A DNA stretch of 64,000 nucleotides from Patescibacteria group bacterium. Its GTDB lineage: Bacteria > Patescibacteriota > Minisyncoccia > Phycocordibacterales > UBA918. The stretch lies in contig JAIETH010000001.1 of the NCBI GenBank assembly GCA_019745315.1, positions 90,526-154,525 on the forward strand, read 5' to 3'. The translations under genes and the position numbers were made by a program. The notes under the pieces were generated by a model that was not told the origin of the DNA, searched no databases, and was given only the letters and a program-made list of their open reading frames with translations. Below are positions 20,111-28,326 of this stretch, piece by piece; position 1 is the stretch's first letter, and each line of letters begins with the position of its first letter.

Positions 20111-20165
20111 AAATTTGCTTGATCGACTTCTCTAATAATGCCCGCTAGGTTTTCCGTTTACACAC

Positions 20166-20249
20166 AGAAAACCCGCCACGGGTAGGAGCCGAAGCCCCTC
20201 GTACAGGTTTCCCCATACGGCGATCAAGCAACCCCATGACGGGTTTTCT
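20166..20249 (-). ncRNA. cloverleaf antisense RNA resembling P4 CI / P1 c4
   Basis: outer stem AGAAAACCCGTCATGGG/CCCGTGGCGGGTTTTCT, GAAA- and TTCG-capped hairpins, unpaired TTGCTTGATCG complementary to flanking repeats. Confidence 0.72.
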
Positions 20250-20404
20250 ATGCTTGATCGACTTTTGACCATACCTTTGACCGGAGTCAAAGGGTTAGGC
20301 CCAACATATTCAGTTGTAAATACATTATACGATATTTTTGATTCCACTTACAGACTATGCGAACAAGTCTAGAAATGGTGGTGTTTTTGTACTATAATGA
20401 ACTC

Positions 20405-21400
20405 ATGGCAAAGGCTACTAAAAAGAAAGCCGCACTAAGCCCTATTGAGGCCCTTGAAGCCTCAAGAAATAGCAGGGTGATTGTTTATTTTACAGGGGAC
20501 AGAAAACCTCAACCGTTTTCAACATTGGTTGGTATTGATGTACTCCCTGCATTCAAGGCTGTTCTCAAAAAAATTGGTAATACAAAAAAGATCACACTTG
20601 CCCTCTACACTAATGGGGGACATTTGGATACTCCTTGGCCTCTAATACATTTGATCAGGGAACACGCTGAAGAATTCGAGGTGCTTATTCTTGAGAAAGC
20701 ATTGAGCGCTGGAACTATGATTGCCCTAGGAGGCGATAAGATTGTCATGACGCCTCATTCTTTTTTGAGTCCTATTGATCCTGCAACCAATTTCCAAGAC
20801 GAGGAAAATCAGAAAATGAAGCGTTTTGAAATTGAGGATGTGATTGGGTATATAGATTTTGTTAGAGACAGAATCGGGATCACTGAACAACAGGCTTTGA
20901 TGGAAATCATGAAAGATTTGACTAAGGAAGTAAATCCTACTCGTCTTGGGTCTATTCATCGTACCCATGCTTTGGTTAGACGATTAGCAACAAAACTACT
21001 ATCGCTCCACAAAGAACCAGTGTCCGAAAGACAGACAAAGGAGATTATTGATCATTTGGCTCAAAAACTTTTTTCTCATAGTCATTTGATAAACAGGAAG
21101 GAAGCAAAAGAGATTGGTTTCGATAACATCATTGAATATGCCGATAAAGCAACTGAAAAGGCGGCTGATAATTTGATGACATACTATTCAGACTATCTCA
21201 AAATCGATGAGGAGTTTGAGCCTCTAAAGGAGATTGGCGAAAAAGAAGTAAAGAAAGAAATTCCACTAAGTCTAGCCGTAGTTCACTCCAAAGATCTCAA
21301 GTATGACTTCAAGGCAAATTGCGTAATTACAAAAGCCCCAGATCCAAACGGAAATCCTGGGATCAGAGTCGATATGAAATCTAAGTGGGAAAAAATATGA
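20405..21400 (+). CDS. ClpP/crotonase-class serine protease (SDH_sah-like)
   Basis: L.TNGG, ALSAGTMIALG, LSPIDP, SHSHLINRKEAKEIG; TATAAT 6 nt before ATG 20405. Confidence 0.85.
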   Translation: MAKATKKKAALSPIEALEASRNSRVIVYFTGDRKPQPFSTLVGIDVLPAFKAVLKKIGNTKKITLALYTNGGHLDTPWPLIHLIREHAEEFEVLILEKALSAGTMIALGGDKIVMTPHSFLSPIDPATNFQDEENQKMKRFEIEDVIGYIDFVRDRIGITEQQALMEIMKDLTKEVNPTRLGSIHRTHALVRRLATKLLSLHKEPVSERQTKEIIDHLAQKLFSHSHLINRKEAKEIGFDNIIEYADKATEKAADNLMTYYSDYLKIDEEFEPLKEIGEKEVKKEIPLSLAVVHSKDLKYDFKANCVITKAPDPNGNPGIRVDMKSKWEKI

Positions 21401-21639
21401 AATACAACTCTCAAACAATATCAATAGGCAGTGATAGACAGAATTTCAAGACAAGCCTTGAAATAGCGGGTAATTTGAATGTTGGAGGAATTGTATATTC
21501 TACGCGACAAAATGGGTGGTTCATACAAACACAAGGTCCTGAAATAAAAAAGAACGAGCCATCAGGAGAATATGTAGAACTAAGTAAGGAAGAAGAAAAG
21601 AAGTTCTACAAGAAAGCCTTGGAGAAGAAACTTCTGTAA
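21397..21639 (+). CDS. small hypothetical protein (candidate antitoxin)
   Basis: ATGA overlap with the protease stop; 3 nt before the next gene. Confidence 0.65.
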   Translation: MKYNSQTISIGSDRQNFKTSLEIAGNLNVGGIVYSTRQNGWFIQTQGPEIKKNEPSGEYVELSKEEEKKFYKKALEKKLL

Positions 21640-21642
21640 ATT

Positions 21643-22146
21643 ATGTATGCGGAACAAGGCCTACTCGATCCAACAACGCTTTACCAGGGAGATCTCATAG
21701 AAGATTTTCCTTTTCATGACCTTGATTCCCATTCTTCTGTAGTTAGAAACGAGAGTGGTACCCTAGTTGAACAAGCCACAGAGGATCAAAACTATCTTGC
21801 TCTCATTGAAACAAAGAAAAGGACAGTGATGATACTATCTCAAACTTGCGATATACAAAGGCGTACCCATGTCATTGTTTGTCCTATTTTCGATCTTCAA
21901 GAATACAGTAGAACTATCTCAAGGGATAAAGTTGAGGCTCTAAAAAAGAGAACAATAAACTATCTTTTTTATCTTCCCGCACATGGTAATTTTCAGGAAT
22001 CGTTTGCTGATTTACAACAGATTCACTATGTACCTCTAGAAACCATGAACTCCTACAAAGACAAGAGGGTTTTATCTTTGAGTGATTTGGGGAGACATCA
22101 TCTTTCTTGGTCCTTAGCATCTTTGTTTGGTCGGCCAGCATCGTAA
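21643..22146 (+). CDS. PemK/MazF-fold-like protein
   Basis: QGD...VMILSQTCDI....VIVCP...ADL...L.LS...R..L...L..LF.R pattern. Confidence 0.55.
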   Translation: MYAEQGLLDPTTLYQGDLIEDFPFHDLDSHSSVVRNESGTLVEQATEDQNYLALIETKKRTVMILSQTCDIQRRTHVIVCPIFDLQEYSRTISRDKVEALKKRTINYLFYLPAHGNFQESFADLQQIHYVPLETMNSYKDKRVLSLSDLGRHHLSWSLASLFGRPAS

Positions 22147-22293
22147 GTCTAGTTCTATATCCCTATTGTGGTAGTTGGATTGAAAGATCTCTAAGAAAAT
22201 TCAAGCGCTCTTTGAAGCGTAGGGCTTGATTGGTAGTACTCCCAAAAGCGAGATAGGTAGGTTTTCAGGTGGTTCGAAGTTTTATATACTGTG

Positions 22294-22497
22294 TCCACAA
22301 AATACGAAATAATCTCCCAAACGGGAGATTTTTCGATTTTGTGGAAAGCGCAGCCATATCGCTTTTGCGATGGCGAGCTGGGGTCGAGAGCACTTAGGCT
22401 TTTGTGAATACTTGGAACAAAAGACTTAGTGACTCGTGACCACTGGTGGAAGCCAAGGTGCGCTCGCGGAAATTTTGCCTAAAGCAAAATTATCTGT
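22294..22497 (+). ncRNA. multi-hairpin non-coding element, formerly directly downstream of the tRNA 3' end
   Basis: TCCACAAAAT..ATTTTGTGGA hairpin, nested stems inside AGCGCA..TGCGCT, then AATTTTGC/GCAAAATT. Confidence 0.45.
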
Positions 22498-22522
22498 AAC
22501 CACAAAAAAGAGCGTTTTGTAT

Positions 22523-22867
22523 TCACGCTCTTCGTCTTCCGGCTTCTTCTCGTTCGAGTATCTCCTCATATTCTGCAGTGACGGTCTCCACATCATCTGG
22601 TTGTATAACCAGTGCTGCAATTAGGTCTCGTGCACGCATCTGGAGAAAGAAAATGGTGGGCAGTGATTTGCCGATCGCATACCTGACCACTGCCTCATGA
22701 ATTTTTCCAGCTACCACATACGCACTCATGTAGTATCCTGCGATAGAAAAGAACTCAGGAAAAAGGTCTTCCGGCAATCTATCCAGATCGGCACTCCCGA
22801 GAGAGATGCATTCAAGCTTATCTTTCATCTCACGGAAAGGGTGCAGTCGAATCAATCGTGATGCCAT
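22523..22867 (-). CDS. hypothetical protein (stand-alone cassette)
   Basis: SD GGGAG, TTGACA upstream, GAGCG/CGCTC-T6 terminator. Confidence 0.65.
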   Translation of the reverse strand: MASRLIRLHPFREMKDKLECISLGSADLDRLPEDLFPEFFSIAGYYMSAYVVAGKIHEAVVRYAIGKSLPTIFFLQMRARDLIAALVIQPDDVETVTAEYEEILEREEAGRRRA

Positions 22868-23029
22868 GACTTTTCTCCCATCTGAGAGGATGAAAAGAAC
22901 TATATACAGAAAACATATACAAGGGAGCCTTGTCAACGAACACTATGAGTATATTGATTATCTTAAAATAATATGGTATAAGTTTTTTATATTGTATAGT
23001 GCAATACGTACATTTAAGGAGAATTTGGA

Positions 23030-23464
23030 ATGGCTCAAGGAGAAAAAATACTCCTTCTGGACGGAGAGAAGTCGAGGCGTGAAGGAATTGCTAAGCTTCT
23101 CACGGAATGGGGTCATAGGGTTGCTGCGGAGCGGTGTCCTGATACGGCGTGGCGATTGATTGAGCAGTACCCGAACTCCTTCACTGTTGTCATCGCTCCC
23201 GCCAACACGTCGCGTGGTAGCGGCACTGACTTCCTGGCTCGTGTTTCGTCTGGGATGAATACGCCGCCCCACCTGATCGCTCTGTGTGTCGCCCTCCATC
23301 ACTATCGGCGATATCTGCCGGATGTGATTGCGGACTTTGGGGGACACTGCGTTTCTGCGACCTGGCTTTGTGATGACGGAACGAACTACCCGCATCTCCG
23401 GGGTGTGATCGAAAACCTGAAGATACGACCCATTCTCTCGGTGACCGATACCAAAGACCACTAG
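23030..23464 (+). CDS. pseudo-receiver domain protein R1 (phospho-Asp absent)
   Basis: KILLLDGE...LLTEWGH.V....D.AW; VVIAP at the Asp site; SD AAGGAG. Confidence 0.7.
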   Translation: MAQGEKILLLDGEKSRREGIAKLLTEWGHRVAAERCPDTAWRLIEQYPNSFTVVIAPANTSRGSGTDFLARVSSGMNTPPHLIALCVALHHYRRYLPDVIADFGGHCVSATWLCDDGTNYPHLRGVIENLKIRPILSVTDTKDH

Positions 23465-23493
23465 GTCTTCTGTATCGGTCTTTTTTATTTCCA
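23443..23493 (+). terminator. intrinsic terminator of R1 (first of seven in the array)
   Basis: GACCGATAC..AAGACC/GGTCTT..GTATCGGTC-TTTTTT-ATTTCCA; others at ~23987, 24517, 25044, 25641, 26218, 26782. Confidence 0.8.
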
Positions 23494-23583
23494 ATTTCAG
23501 AAGGCACTGTACAAAAACATATTACATGGTATAATTCCTGCCGGATTTGCACCCGCAAGTCTCTCAGTATTCGGAGAGCCATA

Positions 23584-23967
23584 ATGGCACAAGCAAGGAT
23601 TCTCTTGGTTGAAGATGAACGGTTTTTGCGGAGCATGTACACTATGCTCCTCGAAGGGGCAGGTTATGAGGTTTTCTCTGCCGTAAACGGCGAGGAGGCA
23701 GAGGAAAAGCTGGAGCTCGGATCTTTCGATTTGATCTTGAGCGACAACAATATGCCGTTCAAGGATGGCGTGGATGTGCTTCGGGCTCTTCGCGCGGCAG
23801 GGAATGCCATCCCATTCATCCTTATGAGCGGGCGTCCTTGGCTTGATGACGGTACTGGCCTCGAGGATTTGTGCGCGTCCCACGGGGCGCAGTTCATCCA
23901 GAAGCCTGCTCAGAACAAGGTCCTTCTCGCCGCCATCGAGGAGATGCTCGCAGCCAAATCGGCATAG
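23584..23967 (+). CDS. single-domain response regulator R2 (canonical CheY-like)
   Basis: ILLVEDE, DLILSDNNMP..DG, ILMSG, FIQKP. Confidence 0.92.
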   Translation: MAQARILLVEDERFLRSMYTMLLEGAGYEVFSAVNGEEAEEKLELGSFDLILSDNNMPFKDGVDVLRALRAAGNAIPFILMSGRPWLDDGTGLEDLCASHGAQFIQKPAQNKVLLAAIEEMLAAKSA

Positions 23968-24124
23968 GTTTCAAGATTGAGGAGTACCCGGGTGGACATG
24001 TGTCCATCCGGTTTTTTATTTCCATTCTCAAATACTTGCAATAGCTCAAATTATATGTTCCAATGCGTTTAGAGTCACACACAAAATCGTGTGAGTGGCA
24101 AAACCAAAACTGGAGGCTCATACA

Positions 24125-24508
24125 ATGAAGCGAATCTTGATTGTTGAAAGTGACGAAGCTCTTGCGGCAGAGCTGACAGAGATGCTGAAGGAGCATCTCG
24201 TGGTGACGGTGCCGAGCACTGTCACTGCATGGGTGTTGATCGAGGAAGGGCCGCCGTTTGATCTTGTGATCACGGATGTCGACAAGATCTCCGAGATGAG
24301 CGGGGTCCAGCTTCTCACGAACATGAAGGCGCAGTCTGTACCGAGCGCATGCGTGCTCATGAGCAGCGGCACCCACCACGACGGACAGTTCCTGCCTGAT
24401 ATTGCCCACAGGCTCGGCATCGAATTCATGCTCAAGTCGAGTATCCGCATTCGGTTTGTTCTTCCTCTCGTGGAGCGCCTTCTTGGTGTCACACGCGCCG
24501 CGGCATAA
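24125..24508 (+). CDS. single-domain response regulator R3
   Basis: ILIVESD, FDLVITD...MSG, VLMSS, FMLK; SD GGAGG. Confidence 0.85.
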   Translation: MKRILIVESDEALAAELTEMLKEHLVVTVPSTVTAWVLIEEGPPFDLVITDVDKISEMSGVQLLTNMKAQSVPSACVLMSSGTHHDGQFLPDIAHRLGIEFMLKSSIRIRFVLPLVERLLGVTRAAA

Positions 24509-24644
24509 GCCGCACCAATCCCTCTCCGCTTGCGAGTGGGATTTTTTCATACCCGGATACAAAATATTGCAATTATTGTATTTCTATGGTATAAAACAGG
24601 TGGAAATTTCGCAGCTGTGCGGAATTCAGTGAGGGGGAAGTAGC

Positions 24645-25034
24645 GTGGCAAAAACCATTTTGGTCGTTGATGATGATGACGGCGTCCGCGAAGAGCTCGC
24701 GGAACTGATCGAGCTTCCGGGGCGGATCATCGTGATCGCCAAAAATCCGGAAGAGGCCCTCCGGCTCATCGATGGGGGTCTCAAGCCCCACTTGATCATC
24801 TCCGATCTCAACATGCCGCCGTATATGGACGGCTTCACCATGTTCATGGTGATTCGCCGCCTCAAGCGGTTTCCGTTTAACTTCATTCTGATGAGTGCGA
24901 GAGATAATCTGGACGGGGTGTCGCTCGCGGAGCTTTCGCGCAGGTACTCGTTCGAGTTCATCAGCAAGGGCTCTCTCCGAGGATCAGAGATCCTTCCGAT
25001 GGTCGCGCGCCTCCTCGAGAGTCTCGAGGTCTGA
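24645..25034 (+). CDS. single-domain response regulator R4 (canonical)
   Basis: ILVVDDD, LIISDLNMP..MDG, ILMSA, FISK. Confidence 0.92.
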   Translation: MAKTILVVDDDDGVREELAELIELPGRIIVIAKNPEEALRLIDGGLKPHLIISDLNMPPYMDGFTMFMVIRRLKRFPFNFILMSARDNLDGVSLAELSRRYSFEFISKGSLRGSEILPMVARLLESLEV

Positions 25035-25179
25035 GGGCCTCTCGCGCAGGTGTTTAAAAACACACCTGCGCTTTTTTATTTTCATACAAAACCATAGAGC
25101 TTGATAGTGCCATATTTTTATGGTATAAAATACTTCAGAAATTTCGCCCCACGGCGACATCCGCAGGAGGTCAACCAAA

Positions 25180-25635
25180 ATGGCTCGTGTGCTCTGCGTA
25201 GATCCAGAAAACGAAGAATTGATAGTGCAGGTGATCCGAGGGATCGCTGATCACGGTCACACCGTGCATATGGTCCCGAGCCTTTTTCAAGTGCCCATCA
25301 CCGTGAGTCAATTCTACTTCGATCTCATGGTCGTGGTTGATGACCCTCTCGATTTCGATTTCGAGCGGCTCAAGGTTTTTCACGCAGCTCGATGCCGCGT
25401 GATTCCTCCTGACAATCTTCCACTGCCGCATCTTCTCGTCGTGTGTCCGGTGAGCATTCCTCCTCCTCGAGTGTGGAAGCTCAACTCACTCCGCATGCAA
25501 GTGCGGGAACCAACAAGTTACGTGGTGCTGGGGAAGAGCGATCAAAAACCCTGTCCGCTCTACGAGCACTTGAAGCCGCTCTTTCCGTCTGTTCTCCCAG
25601 AGCACACGCTCTGGACAGAACCTGTCCAAGCCTGA
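25180..25635 (+). CDS. degenerate receiver-like protein R5
   Basis: RVLCVDPE...GHTV, FDLMVVVDD; SD AGGAGG. Confidence 0.6.
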   Translation: MARVLCVDPENEELIVQVIRGIADHGHTVHMVPSLFQVPITVSQFYFDLMVVVDDPLDFDFERLKVFHAARCRVIPPDNLPLPHLLVVCPVSIPPPRVWKLNSLRMQVREPTSYVVLGKSDQKPCPLYEHLKPLFPSVLPEHTLWTEPVQA

Positions 25636-25743
25636 CTCTCATCCGCATCTGCGGATTTTTTCTTTATTGCACATACAAATTATTTATGCGATCTTTTTAG
25701 AGGATAGTGCACATCCCGTGCTCACAATCAAAACGAGGGTGTT

Positions 25744-26211
25744 ATGGAAAAAAAGTTCGCACCGAAAGTGTTGATCGTCCATACCAGCGTTTGTGCTCGC
25801 ATATGCATTCGCGTGCCGCTTATGAGAAAGCATCGCGTGCGCGGTGTCAGCTGCGGAGAAACGGCTCTTTCTGTTTTTCGGATGGGTTTTTTTGATCCGG
25901 ATCTGGTCATCATAAACTACGCTCTCTCGAAAGATATGTCGGGCATGAAGCTTCTCGGCGCTCTTCGTGAGAAGACCTCCATGCGCGCAGTTCCTTTTTT
26001 TTCAGGTCCGGTGGTGGTGCTGGGAGCGTCCGAGACCGCAGAGCGTACGAGGAAATTGGAGACGCTCTGCGCACGGCGAGATGCGGTCTATATGTCCAGT
26101 TTCAGCTGCTGGCCGGAAGATCTGGCGAGGCTCGCACGAATCGTTAATGGTCAGCTTGATCCGTATGGATCAGAAGAAGAGGGCGAACGCTCATTATCGA
26201 CGAAAGTCTGA
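25744..26211 (+). CDS. pseudo-receiver R6 (Asp to Asn)
   Basis: KVLIVH, GETAL, PDLVIINY.L..DMSG..LL..LR. Confidence 0.75.
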   Translation: MEKKFAPKVLIVHTSVCARICIRVPLMRKHRVRGVSCGETALSVFRMGFFDPDLVIINYALSKDMSGMKLLGALREKTSMRAVPFFSGPVVVLGASETAERTRKLETLCARRDAVYMSSFSCWPEDLARLARIVNGQLDPYGSEEEGERSLSTKV

Positions 26212-26336
26212 AGAGTACCCGAGACATGTTCTCGGTTTTTTTATTTCCCACCATACTCTTGATCCGTATCTTTTTTCATGTCACTATCTTTGCTCGGGGC
26301 GCGCAGTGCGTCCCTTGTTCTTTCCGGGGAAGATTC

Positions 26337-26768
26337 ATGCAACATGTATTGTGTGTGGGAGATGGTCAACATATCGACGCGATGCTGAGGAGCGGCGTCG
26401 AACGCATCGAAGGCCAGACCATCAAGGTGACATCAGTGCAGACGACAGAGGATGCGCTCCTCCATCTGCGTGCCGCCAACGACGAGCCGTGCCTTGTCGT
26501 GATCGCTCTGCCATTTCGCACATGCATGAATTTCATGCGCAGCCTGCGGCAGCCTGATGGAAACAAGCAGCAGCTCTTCGAAGGGCCCTTCGTTTTCGTC
26601 GGGCAGTCGAATGGCTTCATTCGCTCGAGGATGCTGTACAAGTTCGTCGCACTGCTTCACGGCATCTGCTACGACACGGAGTGGACGAAGGTCACTCCCG
26701 TACTCTTCGAGCGGCTCGTCAGGACGCTGCTTGATCCCTACGGCATGCTGTATCAGGAAGCAGCATAG
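26337..26768 (+). CDS. pseudo-receiver R7 (Asp to Ala)
   Basis: HVLCVGD, EDAL..LR, PCLVVIA; shares F.GP.V..G and LDPYG with R6. Confidence 0.65.
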   Translation: MQHVLCVGDGQHIDAMLRSGVERIEGQTIKVTSVQTTEDALLHLRAANDEPCLVVIALPFRTCMNFMRSLRQPDGNKQQLFEGPFVFVGQSNGFIRSRMLYKFVALLHGICYDTEWTKVTPVLFERLVRTLLDPYGMLYQEAA

Positions 26769-26922
26769 CCTCCCAACAACCCCACACGCCCCGCGTGTGG
26801 TTTTTTATGCTATGTGTTGCGGTTTCAGCATTTTGCTTATAATAAAATTATACAGGATGCAGGGAATAGGAAATCGCCGAACTCTCCTTAGAGTCCGGCG
26901 ATGGCGACAGGAGTGTGTACTC

Positions 26923-27096
26923 CTAGTCCGCAAGTTGCTTCACTGCGATGAGGTCGAGTGTCTCTCTCAGCATTTGGCCGCTCATGTCCGAAACCTCTCG
27001 GACATAGTCTGCCTGTGCGTTCGTATGAGAGTACTGCTCCCATGCGAACATACCCAGCATTGCAGCAAGAAAGAACATCGCGTATTCGTACTTCAC
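26923..27096 (-). CDS. small secreted/membrane protein (57 aa, MKYEYAMFFLAAMLGMFAW...), absent from the ORF track
   Basis: TTGACT-16-TATAAT promoter, SD GAGGGGG, GTG start, downstream hairpin. Confidence 0.65.
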   Translation of the reverse strand: MKYEYAMFFLAAMLGMFAWEQYSHTNAQADYVREVSDMSGQMLRETLDLIAVKQLAD

Positions 27097-27208
27097 TGTG
27101 ATTCCCCCTCAGGAATGTGTTTTAATATTATACTATTATATTAAATAAAGTCAATAGTCTGTGTAAACGCGTAAATGGCGCGCTTTTGTATTGTATAATC
27201 ATAGCAAT

Positions 27209-28288
27209 ATGTTCCGATGGCTCAAGAAACACTTCATTCCGCATCATGGGAATGGACATCAGCCACACTTTCTTCGTGAAAGAAATATCCGTGCGCTCAT
27301 TGTGGTGGTGCTGGTGGCTGAGCTCTGCCTCCTTGTTTTCCCATTTGTACCAGCCCTTCGCTTTACCAATAGCAACTTCATCACCTCAGTACTTCCTGCG
27401 GTTTTAAATGACCTCACTAACGAAGAGCGTGAGACACAGAGTTTTGCGACACTTACTGTCAATCCAGAATTGAATGCTGTTGCGGAACTTAAGGCGCGTG
27501 ATATGGCAGAAAAAGGATACTTTGCGCATACGAGTCCTGAAGGAAAAGAGCCGTGGTATTGGTTTAACTATGTGGGATATGACTATGAATATGCAGGAGA
27601 GAATCTTGCAGTTGATTTTGTCGACTCAGAAGATGTGACGAAGGGCTGGATGAATTCTCCGACACATAAGGCAAATATTTTGAAAGGGGTATACACAGAG
27701 ATGGGTACGGGTGTGGCAACTGGTATCTATGAAGGACGCGAGACTATTTTTGTTGCACAAGTGTATGCGCGTCCGAAGAGTGCTGCACCAGCCCCCACAA
27801 AGACTGTGGAGACATCTATTCCTGCGGTGGTGCCCTCTGCATCGTCTAACACTGAATCTGTTCCAGCCCCAACGCCACTTGAGGTTTCTGTGCCGGAAGG
27901 TTCAGTGGAAACAATTATTCTCGAAGAAGTGCGTGACGCTGTTGCGGAAGAGCAGGAGCAGACAGGAATTGCATTCGATGTGCCGACAGTGCTTGGTGTT
28001 GATACATCTCAAGCAGGAACGACACAGGCGAGCATGTTTGATAAATTTATTACCTCTCCGCAGCGTGTCGCTAATGGCGTGATCGGATTCCTTGCACTCC
28101 TTCTTGCTGTTGCGCTCATACTTAAGATGCTTATTCGTATGGATAAACAGCATCCTGTCCTTATAACGAACGGTCTTGCAGCGCTCACGATTGTCCTTGG
28201 TGTTTTCACCACTAACACATTTCTTGAAGAGAGGGATCAGGTCGTGACCACATCCTACGCAAGTTTTTACGAAGAAACACTTGAGTAA
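27209..28288 (+). CDS. CAP (SCP) domain membrane protein
   Basis: KA.DMA..GYF.H.SP, AGENLA, WMNSPTH.ANIL. Confidence 0.9.
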   Translation: MFRWLKKHFIPHHGNGHQPHFLRERNIRALIVVVLVAELCLLVFPFVPALRFTNSNFITSVLPAVLNDLTNEERETQSFATLTVNPELNAVAELKARDMAEKGYFAHTSPEGKEPWYWFNYVGYDYEYAGENLAVDFVDSEDVTKGWMNSPTHKANILKGVYTEMGTGVATGIYEGRETIFVAQVYARPKSAAPAPTKTVETSIPAVVPSASSNTESVPAPTPLEVSVPEGSVETIILEEVRDAVAEEQEQTGIAFDVPTVLGVDTSQAGTTQASMFDKFITSPQRVANGVIGFLALLLAVALILKMLIRMDKQHPVLITNGLAALTIVLGVFTTNTFLEERDQVVTTSYASFYEETLE

Positions 28289-28326
28289 TTGAGAACGGAG
28301 ATGCTTTTTGCTACTATACCCTCACT

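Larger units (their letters stand above)
17468..22299. mobile_element. ~4.8 kb integrative element at the tRNA-Ala 3' end, carrying a large serine recombinase
   Basis: GTCCACA at 17468-17474 and 22293-22299; recombinase at the left end; joining the ends extends the recombinase frame. Confidence 0.8.

Noticed and set aside
20132-20347. 71-aa minus-strand ORF
   Set aside because: It spans the promoter and the cloverleaf RNA and is better explained as non-coding.
22950-26810. Classical integron cassette array
   Set aside because: There is no tyrosine integron integrase in the window. The intergenic hairpins look like terminators with T-tails, without RYYYAAC/GTTRRRY attC ends, and the genes carry their own promoters.
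26557-27144. 195-aa plus-strand ORF
   Set aside because: It overlaps R7, two terminators and an opposite-strand gene, so it is a shadow ORF.
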